Shown here: in pieces, positions 1 through 9,192 of the stretch
Layout: each line of letters opens with the position of its first letter
How positions within the stretch are numbered: position 1 is the stretch's first letter
NCBI GenBank assembly: GCA_010092885.1
Contig: JAADYX010000017.1
Location: 9,764-73,763 of the forward strand
Origin: Chloroflexota bacterium
GTDB lineage: Bacteria; Chloroflexota; Anaerolineae; Aggregatilineales; UBA3940
Direction: 5' to 3'
DNA length: 64,000 bases
The notes under the pieces: generated by a model
Database searches by the model: none
The model's input: only the letters and a program-made list of their open reading frames with translations
What the model was told of the DNA's origin: nothing
Position numbers and translations under genes: made by a program

Positions 1-624
1 CGGCGAGGCCTGCTGCGCTCAGGATTGGTGCTCCTGGCCGGTGTGCTGGGGTGGGGCACAGCCGAAACTATCGCACGGGCACGCGCCACCGAAGAGGAAC
101 CCCGGCGTCAGACAGGCTCACGCGGTATGGGATTGTATACTGGCAACGACTTCCCGATTACTGGCGAGTGGATCGATCCTGTGGATGTGAGCACATGGCG
201 CCTGCGTATCACCGGCGCTGTGGAAAACCCGATCACGATGACCTACGATCAGGTGCTCGCGCGGCAGGTGGACACCTGGGATGCCACGCTAGACTGCACG
301 CTCGGCTGGTATTCCACCCAGTTCTGGCATGGGGTACCGCTGCGCGATCTGCTTGAGGAGGCAGGTGTCGATCCGGGGGCGGTCGGGGTCACCCTGAAAG
401 CTGTTTCCGGCTATACAATGCCTTATCCGATGCACGAGACCGAGCATATCCTACTGTGCACTCACGTCGGTGATGAGGTGCTTGACCACCGCCATGGCTA
501 TCCGCTGCGCGCTGTTTCGCCCAACCGGCGCGGCTGGTTTTGGGTCAAGTGGCTGACCGAGGTGCGGGTCCATCGGGTGCTGCCTGACTTCTCAGCACTG
601 ATTGACCGGGTCGAGAACGCCTAA
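1..624 (+). CDS. Molybdopterin-dependent oxidoreductase (sulfite oxidase / MsrP-YedY fold), 5' end probably cut by window edge
   Basis: Frame is open from nt 1 with no stop before the TTG at 25. Molybdopterin-oxidoreductase-type signatures LDCTLGWYSTQFWHGVPLRDLL and GYPLRAVSPNRRGWFWVKWL. TAA stop at 622-624. Confidence 0.6.
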   Translation, partial: RRGLLRSGLVLLAGVLGWGTAETIARARATEEEPRRQTGSRGMGLYTGNDFPITGEWIDPVDVSTWRLRITGAVENPITMTYDQVLARQVDTWDATLDCTLGWYSTQFWHGVPLRDLLEEAGVDPGAVGVTLKAVSGYTMPYPMHETEHILLCTHVGDEVLDHRHGYPLRAVSPNRRGWFWVKWLTEVRVHRVLPDFSALIDRVENA

Positions 625-625
625 G

Positions 626-667
626 GCAAAAAGAACAACCGGGCAGCACCCTCGCCGCCGCCCGGTT
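626..667 (-). terminator. Intrinsic terminator after the PDZ-less protease gene, between convergent genes
   Basis: 8-bp stem AACCGGGC (637-644) / GCCCGGTT (660-667). On the minus strand it is followed by GTTCTTTTTG. Confidence 0.5.
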
Positions 668-698
668 GAACCGTAGGATGGGTCAGACTGTCGGGGGT

Positions 699-1313
699 TT
701 AGGCCGCCGCAGCCGTTTCGAGTACTTTTTCAACAAACCGCGTCACGATGTGCGCGGGAACCGCCAGCCCCACATTAGGGCCAGCCATCATGGTGTTGAT
801 GCCGATCAGCCGCCCGCTAACATCAACTAGTGGGCCGCCGGAATGTCCCGGGCGATAGTGGAGGCTAACCGCCACCCACTCCTGGCCGTTGTCTGGCCGT
901 TCGGGTAGATCCGCACCAACGCCGATCACCACACCAGACGTGACCGCTCCGAGCACACCCCATGGATGTCCGGCGCCAAAGACCACCGATCCAGTCCGGA
1001 TGTTGGCTGAATCGCCGGGTTCAATGGCCACCAGTCCTGCAGCGTCCACTTTGAGCAGGGCCAGATCGTAGTTGGTTGCCAGGCCGAGCACACGCGCGCG
1101 ATGCCGCGCATTGGTGGGCAGCCACACGTCGACATAGTCCTCACCACGAACCACATGCCCGTTGGTGACGATCAAACCATCTGTGCTCCACACTACACCG
1201 GAGCCCGCACCCCGCCGCCATCCGCGCCCTGAGCTGACCCGCACAAGCACCTGATGTGCACGTGCCACAGCTTGGGCCGAGTCGGCGTTGATGCGCTGTA
1301 GAATCTCGGACAT
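699..1313 (-). CDS. Trypsin-like S1C serine protease without PDZ domain
   Basis: Triad contexts TNGHVV, YDLALLKV, GHSGGPLV. About 205 aa, so no room for a PDZ domain. ATG at 1313 lies 4 nt after the upstream stop. An alternative TTG start at 1334 would overlap the upstream gene. Confidence 0.75.
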   Translation of the reverse strand: MSEILQRINADSAQAVARAHQVLVRVSSGRGWRRGAGSGVVWSTDGLIVTNGHVVRGEDYVDVWLPTNARHRARVLGLATNYDLALLKVDAAGLVAIEPGDSANIRTGSVVFGAGHPWGVLGAVTSGVVIGVGADLPERPDNGQEWVAVSLHYRPGHSGGPLVDVSGRLIGINTMMAGPNVGLAVPAHIVTRFVEKVLETAAAA

Positions 1314-1317
1314 ACTC

Positions 1318-2208
1318 CTATTCCTTGTCACCAATGGTCACCGCAGCCTCACGGATTTCGCCGCCGCGAATGATGGTTACAGGCACCTCAGTACCGATCT
1401 TGTCACCGCTTAGGGCCGACAACAGATCATCCATCTGGCGGACGGCCATACCGTCAAAGGTCACAATGGTGTCGCCCATCAACAGTTCGGCATGGGCTGC
1501 TGGGCTTCCTTTGGCAACGTTCATGATTAACAGCCCGGTCTCCTGATCGAGCTCCTGTTGGAGCTCCTCAGGCAGGCGCACGGGCTGCACACCCACGCCG
1601 AGATAACCCTGCCGCATACGGCCGTGCTGTACCAGTGTATCAGCCACACGGCTGATGGTATTGCCAGGCAAAGCCACACTCACGCCGCGGACAAGCGACG
1701 AAGTATTCATGCCGAGGGCATGCCCGTTTACATCGATCAGCGGACCACCGGAAAAGCCAGGGTACATGACCACATCGGTCTGCAGATAGCGTTCAATACT
1801 ACCGCCGCTGGGGGCACGCCAGGAATCGCCAAGCGCGCTGATGATGCCCAACGTTGCCTGAGGGCTGGTACCCGGGCGACCAACAGCCAGCACGATGTGC
1901 CCGATGCGGGCTGCATCCAGATCGGCCCAGGTCGCTGCGGTCAGGCCTTCAGCATGGGCCCGCAGGATAGCCAGATCGGTATGCGGATCGCGGCCGACCA
2001 AGTCTGCACTGACCCGTTCCCCATTTGGCAGACCAACCGTGATATCCTCATCACGTGTGACGACATGGTGCGCTGTTACGATCAGCCCATCGGCGGACCA
2101 GACAATGCCGGTCGCAGGCAGCCGCCGCCGCGCTTCCACACGTACAAGGCTCTGTGCGGCGTGCTCTACTGAGTCGGCCAGCGCATTTGAGAGTTCTTCC
2201 AATGCCAT
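1318..2208 (-). CDS. htrA: HtrA/DegP-family serine protease with C-terminal PDZ domain
   Basis: Triad contexts TAHHVV, TDLAILR, GFSGGPLI. PDZ-like C-terminus (GSPAAHAELLMGDTIVTFDG). ATG at 2208 is preceded by GGAGG with a 5-nt spacer. The ORF-track TTG at 2220 lies inside that SD. Confidence 0.85.
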   Translation of the reverse strand: MALEELSNALADSVEHAAQSLVRVEARRRLPATGIVWSADGLIVTAHHVVTRDEDITVGLPNGERVSADLVGRDPHTDLAILRAHAEGLTAATWADLDAARIGHIVLAVGRPGTSPQATLGIISALGDSWRAPSGGSIERYLQTDVVMYPGFSGGPLIDVNGHALGMNTSSLVRGVSVALPGNTISRVADTLVQHGRMRQGYLGVGVQPVRLPEELQQELDQETGLLIMNVAKGSPAAHAELLMGDTIVTFDGMAVRQMDDLLSALSGDKIGTEVPVTIIRGGEIREAAVTIGDKE

Positions 2209-2333
2209 TCTTTCCTCCAATACACATTAACGCTCTGGGATGTCTCATCTTACAGGTGGAGTATCGCATGGCTGGGCTATGAAGCCCTCATTCGTCCTGC
2301 GGGTTTGATCCTGCCAAAAAGGGTAGGCCGCCC

Positions 2334-2972
2334 TCAGAGAACGATCAGCCCGGCGCGAGTCGCGCGGACAACGGCCTCAGTGCGACTGCTAGCCGCCAAC
2401 TTGCCGAGGATCGCGTTGACATGGAACTTGACGGTATGCTCGCTGATGTTCAGCCGCCGCGCAATGGCCTTGTTCGGCAGACCTTCGGCCAGCAGCTGCA
2501 GGACTTCATGCTCGCGGGGAGTTAGTGCTTCGATTGGCGGTCCATCATCAGGGGCCTGTCCGGTTGGCATGAGGCCAGCTGTAAAAAGAGGGTCCAGCGC
2601 GACCAGGCCTGCTTCAGCCGCCTTGAGGGCCGCAGCCACCCGATCCGGACCGGCATCCCTCTGCAGCATGCCTCGCACACCCGCCGACCATACCTCGCTG
2701 GCGCCGTCCGTTTCATTGAGGAGCACAAGAACCGGCACCCCCCTTGCCTCCGGATCGCCCAGATCGTTGACCCCATCGCGCAGCAGATCCAGGGCTTCAT
2801 CGGAAGCGTCCCAGCCCAGATCCCACAAAACAACATCCGGTTGGAAAACATAAGCCTCGCCTGCCAGGTCAGCAGCCAACTGCCCGACGATCTCACAGTC
2901 GGTTTGTTCAGCAAGCAGGGCGGCCAAACCTGAACGGGCAAGGGGGTCGTTGGCAATGATGAGTACACGCAT
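2334..2972 (-). CDS. NarL/LuxR-family response regulator with degenerate receiver domain
   Basis: C-terminal LuxR HTH ([43 protein letters not shown]). N-terminal receiver starts at [10 protein letters not shown]. No histidine kinase gene nearby. Confidence 0.85.
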   Translation of the reverse strand: MRVLIIANDPLARSGLAALLAEQTDCEIVGQLAADLAGEAYVFQPDVVLWDLGWDASDEALDLLRDGVNDLGDPEARGVPVLVLLNETDGASEVWSAGVRGMLQRDAGPDRVAAALKAAEAGLVALDPLFTAGLMPTGQAPDDGPPIEALTPREHEVLQLLAEGLPNKAIARRLNISEHTVKFHVNAILGKLAASSRTEAVVRATRAGLIVL

Positions 2973-2980
2973 AGCCCAAC

Positions 2981-3020
2981 CATACAAAGGAAACGCGCCC
3001 CTGTGAAGACCAGAGACGCG
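2981..3020 (-). terminator. Intrinsic terminator after the dehydrogenase/aminotransferase operon
   Basis: Minus strand has a 10-bp stem CGCGTCTCTG / CAGGGGCGCG (two G-U pairs), a 7-nt loop, then TTTCCTTTGTATGG. Confidence 0.6.
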
Positions 3021-3043
3021 TTCTAACGTTATTTTGACGGCTG

Positions 3044-4015
3044 CTACTGGATTTGAGTAAGCACCTCGCGGTTGACGACATTACGATACTCGCCCATTGT
3101 CAACGCATCAAGCGTCTGGTTGGCGGCATCAAGCGCAACCGCCTCCTGTGCGTCAAGCGTGCTGGCCGCGATGTGCGGCGTGTGAATCACCTTCTCCAAG
3201 CCGAGCAACGGGTTGTCAGGATCGGGTGGTTCAGGCTCATAGACATCAAGCGCCGCCCCGGCTACCTGCCCGGATTGGATCGCTGCGGCAAGGTCTTCGG
3301 CCACGATGAGCGCCCCCCGTGCCGCGTTGATGATCCGCACGCCCCTCTTCATTGCTTCCAGCGCCCCCTTGTTGATCATGCCACGCGTTTCCTCATTGAG
3401 GGCCGGGTGTAGGCTGATGAAATCCGACCGGCGATACAGAGTTCCCAGGTCTACCAGCTCCACACCGATCTGAGCCGCTGTGCGGGCCATGTCGACCACG
3501 TCATAAACAAGCACATCCATACCGAAAGCAATGGCACGCACCGCCAGTGCCTGCCCAATGCGGCCGAAGCCCACAATCCCCAACGTCTTGCCTTTGAGCT
3601 CAATGCCCATAAAGGCCTTCCGATCCCAGCGGCCTTCCACCAGTGATTGATGAGCCTGCGGCAGGCTGCGGCACATAGCCAACATCAGGGCAAATGCGTG
3701 CTCAGCTGTGGAAACTGTATTGCCGTCCGGCGTGTTCATCACCACGACCCCGCGCCGTGTGGCCTCAGCCAAATCGATATTGTCCACACCCACCCCCGCC
3801 CGGGTGATCACCTTGAGGTTGGGTGCTGCATCAAACAACTCGACGTCGGCTGTGGTCCCACTGCGGATGATCATCGCGTCAGCGTTCCCTACGGCAGCCA
3901 GGGTATCTTCGCGGTTCATTTTGCCGGGAGCTTGCAGTGTGACACCTTCTGACTTGCGGATCAGATCGACGCACCGTTCGTGCAAATTGTCTGGAATGAG
4001 AATATGTACCACCAT
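3044..4015 (-). CDS. NAD-dependent D-2-hydroxyacid dehydrogenase (short, ACT-less 3-phosphoglycerate dehydrogenase-like)
   Basis: Rossmann motif [13 protein letters not shown]. Typical family C-terminus with [13 protein letters not shown] start/stop overlap with the upstream aminotransferase gene. Confidence 0.8.
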   Translation of the reverse strand: MVVHILIPDNLHERCVDLIRKSEGVTLQAPGKMNREDTLAAVGNADAMIIRSGTTADVELFDAAPNLKVITRAGVGVDNIDLAEATRRGVVVMNTPDGNTVSTAEHAFALMLAMCRSLPQAHQSLVEGRWDRKAFMGIELKGKTLGIVGFGRIGQALAVRAIAFGMDVLVYDVVDMARTAAQIGVELVDLGTLYRRSDFISLHPALNEETRGMINKGALEAMKRGVRIINAARGALIVAEDLAAAIQSGQVAGAALDVYEPEPPDPDNPLLGLEKVIHTPHIAASTLDAQEAVALDAANQTLDALTMGEYRNVVNREVLTQIQ

Positions 4016-5097
4016 CAGCCTCCCAGGAACTCGTCGAAACCGGCGAGCACCTCTTCGATGGTATCCGGCTGTAGATCGCCCATATGCGCAATACGGAAAG
4101 TCTCACCCCTGATTTTGCCATAGCCCTTGTCGATCGCGAATCCGCGCTCTGCCATGAAAGCCTCCAGTTCGTGGACATCGATCCCACGGGTATTCGCCAC
4201 AGCAGTGATAGTTGGGGAGCGATAGCCCTCCTGCGCGAAGAAACCGAAGTCACGGCTTTCCACCCACGCGTGGGACATGTCCCGCATCTGCTTGTGGCGG
4301 GCCCAGCGTCCTTCCAGTCCTTCGCCCGCAAAGATGTCGTTGAGCTGTTTATCGGCAGCTTGCATCAGGCTGATGGGCGGTGTGGAAGGTGTGTTGCTGC
4401 GCTGGTAATACTTCTCAAGGCTGAGGAAGTCAAAGTAGTAGCCGCGGTTCTCGACCTGTTTGGCGCGTTCCAGAACACGTTCGCTGATAGTGCCAAACGC
4501 AACGCCAGGCGGTAGGGCAAAGGCCTTCTGTGATGAGGTCAGCGCGATATCAATACCCCACTCATCCACGAAGAGTTCAGCCCCCAGAAAGCCACTGACT
4601 GTATCGACCATGTAGAGCGTCTCCTCATAGCCGCTCACGACTTCGCCAATGGCCTGAATGGGATTGAGAACGCCAGTGCTGGTCTCATTGTGAACGACGC
4701 AGACCGCATCGTAGGTCTGTTCTTCCAGTGCATCGGCGATCATCTCTGGGGTGATGGCCTTGCCCCACTCCACTTCGACAACATCAACCTGTTTGCCGTT
4801 GGCCTTGCTGACCTTAGCCCAGCGTTCACTGAACGACCCACACACTGCGTGCAGCACACGCCGGTCGTCACGCACACAGTTGCGCGATGCCCCTTCCCAA
4901 AAACCCGTGCCAGATGACCCGACCACATAGACCCGGTTTTCGGTTTGGAACGCACGCTTGAGATTGACCTGTAAACGGTCGAACAGATCCGCGAACTCCT
5001 GAGAACGGTGCCCAAACATCCAGGCAGTTTGCGCCTCAAGAATTTCAGGGCGGACTTCAACCGGACCCGGCAGGATCAGGCGTTTGTGATTGCTCAT
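4015..5097 (-). CDS. Class V PLP aminotransferase (serine-glyoxylate / phosphoserine aminotransferase-like)
   Basis: PLP-lysine context TSSQKAFALPPG. 360 aa. Coupled to the hydroxyacid dehydrogenase gene. Confidence 0.8.
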   Translation of the reverse strand: MSNHKRLILPGPVEVRPEILEAQTAWMFGHRSQEFADLFDRLQVNLKRAFQTENRVYVVGSSGTGFWEGASRNCVRDDRRVLHAVCGSFSERWAKVSKANGKQVDVVEVEWGKAITPEMIADALEEQTYDAVCVVHNETSTGVLNPIQAIGEVVSGYEETLYMVDTVSGFLGAELFVDEWGIDIALTSSQKAFALPPGVAFGTISERVLERAKQVENRGYYFDFLSLEKYYQRSNTPSTPPISLMQAADKQLNDIFAGEGLEGRWARHKQMRDMSHAWVESRDFGFFAQEGYRSPTITAVANTRGIDVHELEAFMAERGFAIDKGYGKIRGETFRIAHMGDLQPDTIEEVLAGFDEFLGG

Positions 5098-5158
5098 TGG
5101 GAAGCCCCCTCTCGTTTGGCATTAACGCTGGTATTTTAACCAACCCCCTACCTCTTTT

Positions 5159-5830
5159 CTAAGCGACAGGTTCAGCAACCTCCGACATCTCATTCCGAGG
5201 GTTGTTCACCGCACGGCTGACCTCGTAAGCCGCCATCTTTTCAGCGGGGTAGGGCTCCAGCAAATGTTGGAGATCTTCAGGCCGGCGCTCATCGGGATCA
5301 AGCCAGAGATCGTAGGCACCACGCTGCATGACGACGGGCATCCGGTTGTGGATCGGTGCCACCAGATCGTTCGGTTGGGTGGTGATGATCGTGCAGGATA
5401 ACACCAGATCACCGCCCGGAGAGTGCCATGTTTCCCAAAGGCCGGCGAAGGCAAAAATGCTGCCATCCGCCATGCCAATGTGCATGGGGCGCTTGGCCTT
5501 TTGACCGGGCACTTTTTGCCATTCGTAGAACCCATCTGCCAGGACTAAACACCGCCGCCGCCGGAATGGTACGCGGAAGGAGGGTTTTTCAGCAAGCGTC
5601 TCGGCGCGCGCATTGATCATCCGGCTGCCGATTTTGGGGTCGTCGGCCCAATGCGGGATCAGCCCCCACACGAAGAAATCAAGCTCATCGGGCTGGTTGT
5701 TGGCAATGACAGCCACCGGCTGCGTGGGGGCAATATTGTACCGTGGTGACATATCCGTTGGAACCTTCACATCGGGGAAGGCCTGCTGGATCGCTCCCGG
5801 CGTGGCTTTTAACGTGAATCGACCGCACAT
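5159..5830 (-). CDS. SOS-response-associated peptidase (SRAP / YedK family, abasic-site DNA-protein crosslinking)
   Basis: The family needs Cys at position 2, and an in-frame MCGRFTL begins at 5830. Also has a downstream HNRMPVV motif. The longer ORF-track start at 5884 would bury the Cys. Confidence 0.85.
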   Translation of the reverse strand: MCGRFTLKATPGAIQQAFPDVKVPTDMSPRYNIAPTQPVAVIANNQPDELDFFVWGLIPHWADDPKIGSRMINARAETLAEKPSFRVPFRRRRCLVLADGFYEWQKVPGQKAKRPMHIGMADGSIFAFAGLWETWHSPGGDLVLSCTIITTQPNDLVAPIHNRMPVVMQRGAYDLWLDPDERRPEDLQHLLEPYPAEKMAAYEVSRAVNNPRNEMSEVAEPVA

Positions 5831-5920
5831 GGTATGTTCCTTTTTCTGCTGGTGTGACGTTTGATTCTCAGTGTACCGCAACAACGCGACGGGGAGAGGT
5901 TCTCAGCCGGATGGGGAGTA

Positions 5921-5929
5921 TGCTATAGT
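5921..5929 (+). promoter_or_regulatory. Extended -10 promoter element TGcTATAGT upstream of the R2lox-like gene
   Basis: TG at 5921-5922 and TATAGT at 5924-5929. GAGG SD at 5949-5952. ATGs at 5957 and 5960. Confidence 0.4.
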
Positions 5930-5956
5930 GTAGTGAAAATATCCCTATGAGGTGAC

Positions 5957-6877
5957 ATGATGGATGAGAGTCTTTCCGCGCGCGGCGCATTTGTGACTAC
6001 CACTCGCGGCCTGGACCGTTCTTCCCCGCCGATGCGCCTGTTTGAGAAAGCGAAGCGCTTCGGGGTGTGGAACCCAAGCACCCTCGACCTGACGCAGGAC
6101 AAACAGGATTGGGCCAACATGACCCCCGACGAACAGCGCCTGATCCTGCACCTGACCTCCCTGTTTCAGGGTGGTGAAGAGGCAGTCACGCTTGATCTGC
6201 TTCCGCTGATCATGACTATTGCGAGTGAGGGCCGCATTGAAGAAGAGATGTTTCTGACGACCTTCCTGTGGGAAGAAGCCAAGCACACGGACTTCTTCAG
6301 CCGGTTCCTTGAAGAGGTCACCGGTCAGGTCAATGAGGCGCTCTCCGCTTTCCACAGTGATCCCTACCGGGCCATTTTCTATGAGGCGCTGCCGGAGGCC
6401 CTGCAAGCACTTCGCTTCGACCAGTCGCCCAAAGCCCAGGTTCGTGCATCAGTTGTGTACAATATGATCGTCGAGGGCATGCTCGCTGAGACCGGTTACC
6501 ATGCGTACTTCCAAATGCTGGAACGCAACGATCTGATGCCCGGTTTGCGAGAAGGCATCCGGTTGCTCAAGCAGGATGAGTCGCGGCATATTGCGTACGG
6601 CATCTATCTGATCTCGCGGCTGGTGGTTGACGATGAAAACCTGTGGGCCTACGCTGCCGAGACGATGACAAACCACTCCATGCAGGCCATGGCGGTGGTG
6701 TCCGACATCTTTGCCCAATACGATCCTGTGCCCTTCGGCCTGCAAGAAAGCGAGTTTATGGGCTATGCCATGATGCAGTACCAGAAACGCTTTGCACGCA
6801 TTGAGAAGGCGCAGGGTTCCGGTATGGACGAACTGCGTCGCCTGACGAGTAAGGTGATCGACGAAGACGACGCATAA
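5957..6877 (+). CDS. R2-like ligand-binding oxidase / ribonucleotide reductase small-subunit-like ferritin-fold protein
   Basis: Di-metal carboxylate ligand pattern: EEAKH, VEGMLAETGY and DESRH (E...ExxH...E...ExxH). No class I RNR large subunit next to it. Confidence 0.7.
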   Translation: MMDESLSARGAFVTTTRGLDRSSPPMRLFEKAKRFGVWNPSTLDLTQDKQDWANMTPDEQRLILHLTSLFQGGEEAVTLDLLPLIMTIASEGRIEEEMFLTTFLWEEAKHTDFFSRFLEEVTGQVNEALSAFHSDPYRAIFYEALPEALQALRFDQSPKAQVRASVVYNMIVEGMLAETGYHAYFQMLERNDLMPGLREGIRLLKQDESRHIAYGIYLISRLVVDDENLWAYAAETMTNHSMQAMAVVSDIFAQYDPVPFGLQESEFMGYAMMQYQKRFARIEKAQGSGMDELRRLTSKVIDEDDA

Positions 6878-6883
6878 CGGAGG

Positions 6884-6910
6884 GTGGGCACGGACCGCGT
6901 GCCCACTTTT
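6884..6910 (+). terminator. Intrinsic terminator after the R2lox-like gene
   Basis: Perfect 8-bp stem GTGGGCAC (6884-6891) / GTGCCCAC (6899-6906), 7-nt loop, then TTTT. Confidence 0.6.
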
Positions 6911-8658
6911 CACCCAGCCGGTGAGGCCGCCCGCTTGATCTGCTGTACGTAGGCGAGAATATCCTGTGCGTTCTGCCGTGATGATCCTGTTTCCGCACCG
7001 AGCATTTGTGCCAACTCATCCACGCGTAGGTCGGGTTCCAACGGGTAGACATGTGTAAGCGTGCGGTCGCCGTCGGTCTGCTTCTCGACTTTGAAGTGCG
7101 CATCAGCGAAACCCGCCAGCTGGGGCAAGTGCGTGACCACCAACACTTGATGCGCATCCGACAGCGACCAGAGCTTCTGGCCAACAATTGCCCCGATGCG
7201 CCCGCCGATGCCTGTGTCGATCTCATCGAAGATCAAAGTCGGTGTATCATCCGCGTTGGAAAGCACCGTCTTGAGCGCCAGCATGATACGGGATGTCTCA
7301 CCACCGGATGCGATCTTGGCCATCGGCTTGAACGGTTCGCCTGGGTTGGGTGCCAGCATAAACTCGATGCGGTCGATGCCGGTCACATCAAAGGCCACCC
7401 GGTAGTCACCCACGGGCGCACCCTCCGGATCGTCCTGCTGCTCCACCGCTACACTGAAGCGCGCCCGGTCCATGCGCAGATCAGCCAGATGTTCCTCAAC
7501 AAGGCGTGACAGTTCAGCACCTGCCTCAGCACGCCGCGCAGAAAGGGCTGCGCCGGCCTCACCGATCTCAACAAGCAGACGGGCCTCCTCAGCCTCCAAT
7601 TCTGTGATGCGCTCGTCGCTGTTGCGGATCGTCTTCAATTCAGCTGCGGCATCCTGCGCGGCTTCGAGCAGGGCTTCCACAGAGGCTTCATCGTAGCGGC
7701 GCATCAGCGTCTTGATCAGGTCGATGCGTAATTCGACCTGCTGCAAGCGTACGGGATCAAACTCGATGTTATCCTGGTAGTCCGCGATCTGGCTGGCCAG
7801 TTCTTCGGCCTGAACAGATAGTTCCTCAGCCATATCAGCCATCGCCGTGGCTTCACCGTCTATCGCCGAAAGCTTGGCCAGCGCCCCCGCTGCATCTGCC
7901 AGCAGATCCAGGACGGACACACCTTCCTCAGAGGCGGCGACCAACGCTTGATAGGCATCACTCACCAATGCTGCGATCTGTTCGGCATTAGCCAGCAGCT
8001 TGCCCTCCTCTTGCAGGGTCTCAAGCTCGCCTTTCTTGAGGTCGGCTGCTGCGATCTCCTCAACTTTGAAGGACAGCATCTCCGCCCTTGCCTTGAGTGC
8101 TTCCTCGTTTTGGATCAGTTTGCGGCGCTCGACGCGCACCTTTTCGATCCGCCGCACCAGTTTGGCAAAGGCCGCACGGTCACCTTCCAGCGCAGCAAAC
8201 CGGTCGATGAGTTCAAGGTGCGTTTCTGGCTTGAGCAGGGAGAGATAGTCCCCCTGCCCGTGTATATCGACCAGTGCCTCACCGAGTTCCTGAATCACAG
8301 CGTTGGTGGTGGTGGTACCGTTGACACGGGCAACACTGCGCCCGGCCCGCTTGATCTCGCGGCTGATAATCACCATATCTGGCGACTCTGCCTCGATCTC
8401 TTCGCGTTCAAGTACGCTGCGCACATGGTCCTCAAGCAGCGGGTTGGTGATTGTGAACACACCTTCCACCATGGCAGATTTCGCACCCGCCCGGACGAAT
8501 GCTGTATCGGCACGTGCGCCCAGCAGCATGGAGACCGCATCCAGAATGATCGACTTTCCTGCGCCAGTTTCGCCCGTCAGCACGTTGAAGCCGGGCTCAA
8601 ACTGGAGCGTGAGGTGATCGATGATTGCAAAGTCCTTGATCGTGATTTCGCTCAGCAT
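6910..8658 (-). CDS. recN: DNA repair protein RecN
   Basis: N-terminus MLSEITIKDFAIIDHLTLQFEPGFNVLTGETGAGKSIILDA (Walker A). Long coiled-coil middle. C-terminal SGGETSRIMLALK signature and LIFDEIDTGIGG Walker B. Confidence 0.95.
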   Translation of the reverse strand: MLSEITIKDFAIIDHLTLQFEPGFNVLTGETGAGKSIILDAVSMLLGARADTAFVRAGAKSAMVEGVFTITNPLLEDHVRSVLEREEIEAESPDMVIISREIKRAGRSVARVNGTTTTNAVIQELGEALVDIHGQGDYLSLLKPETHLELIDRFAALEGDRAAFAKLVRRIEKVRVERRKLIQNEEALKARAEMLSFKVEEIAAADLKKGELETLQEEGKLLANAEQIAALVSDAYQALVAASEEGVSVLDLLADAAGALAKLSAIDGEATAMADMAEELSVQAEELASQIADYQDNIEFDPVRLQQVELRIDLIKTLMRRYDEASVEALLEAAQDAAAELKTIRNSDERITELEAEEARLLVEIGEAGAALSARRAEAGAELSRLVEEHLADLRMDRARFSVAVEQQDDPEGAPVGDYRVAFDVTGIDRIEFMLAPNPGEPFKPMAKIASGGETSRIMLALKTVLSNADDTPTLIFDEIDTGIGGRIGAIVGQKLWSLSDAHQVLVVTHLPQLAGFADAHFKVEKQTDGDRTLTHVYPLEPDLRVDELAQMLGAETGSSRQNAQDILAYVQQIKRAASPAG

Positions 8659-8665
8659 AGCGCCC

Positions 8666-9190
8666 TCACTTTCTGCCTATGCGCAGCCGTCCTACCGCAC
8701 CACTGACCGCCGCGAAAGAGAAAATCCCCCAACTGATGAGGCTGGGTGCACCCAATACCAGGCCAACAAGCGCACCCAGCCCGACTGCTCCACCCACGAT
8801 GGCATAGTTGTACTTGCTGCGTCGTTTGTTGACCGCCCGGTGGGCCAGATCCGCAATACCACCGCCAACCGCTGTCCCGACGAAGAAGGCCAGGATCCAT
8901 AAGAAGAAAAAGCCCAACGGGATCAGGCCGAGCAGGAACGTCGCCACGGCCATTAAGGGAGCTGCGATGGCAGTCTGGATGATCGGGTCGGTTGATTTCG
9001 CGTTGTAGTAGACCTTTTGCTGCCCCTGAATGCATTCCTTGCAGCGATACCCGACCGGGGTACGCACCGAACACTTGATGCACATGGGTCGTCCACAGCG
9101 ATTGCAGCGTAGAGTTGCTTCTGCCTTCGGGTGGACCGGGCAGTAGGTTGTCATAGTTTCGACTTGTGTGGCTGTTTCTTGTTCTATCAT
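8666..9190 (-). CDS. Membrane protein with N-terminal B-box-type zinc ribbon
   Basis: CPVHPKAEATLRCNRCGRPMCIKCSVRTPVGYRCKEC, followed by about four hydrophobic helices. ATG at 9190 is 2 nt after the nadK stop. The ORF-track TTG at 9199 overlaps nadK. Confidence 0.55.
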   Translation of the reverse strand: MIEQETATQVETMTTYCPVHPKAEATLRCNRCGRPMCIKCSVRTPVGYRCKECIQGQQKVYYNAKSTDPIIQTAIAAPLMAVATFLLGLIPLGFFFLWILAFFVGTAVGGGIADLAHRAVNKRRSKYNYAIVGGAVGLGALVGLVLGAPSLISWGIFSFAAVSGAVGRLRIGRK

Positions 9191-9192
9191 TG

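Noticed and set aside
2221-2333. Terminator after the response-regulator gene (AGGG...CCCT followed by TTTTT on the minus strand) and -10-like hexamers TAAGAT/TAATGT for the htrA genes
   Set aside because: The stem is only 4 bp. The hexamers lack a matching -35 or TG extension, and one is too close to the start codon. Not strong enough to annotate.
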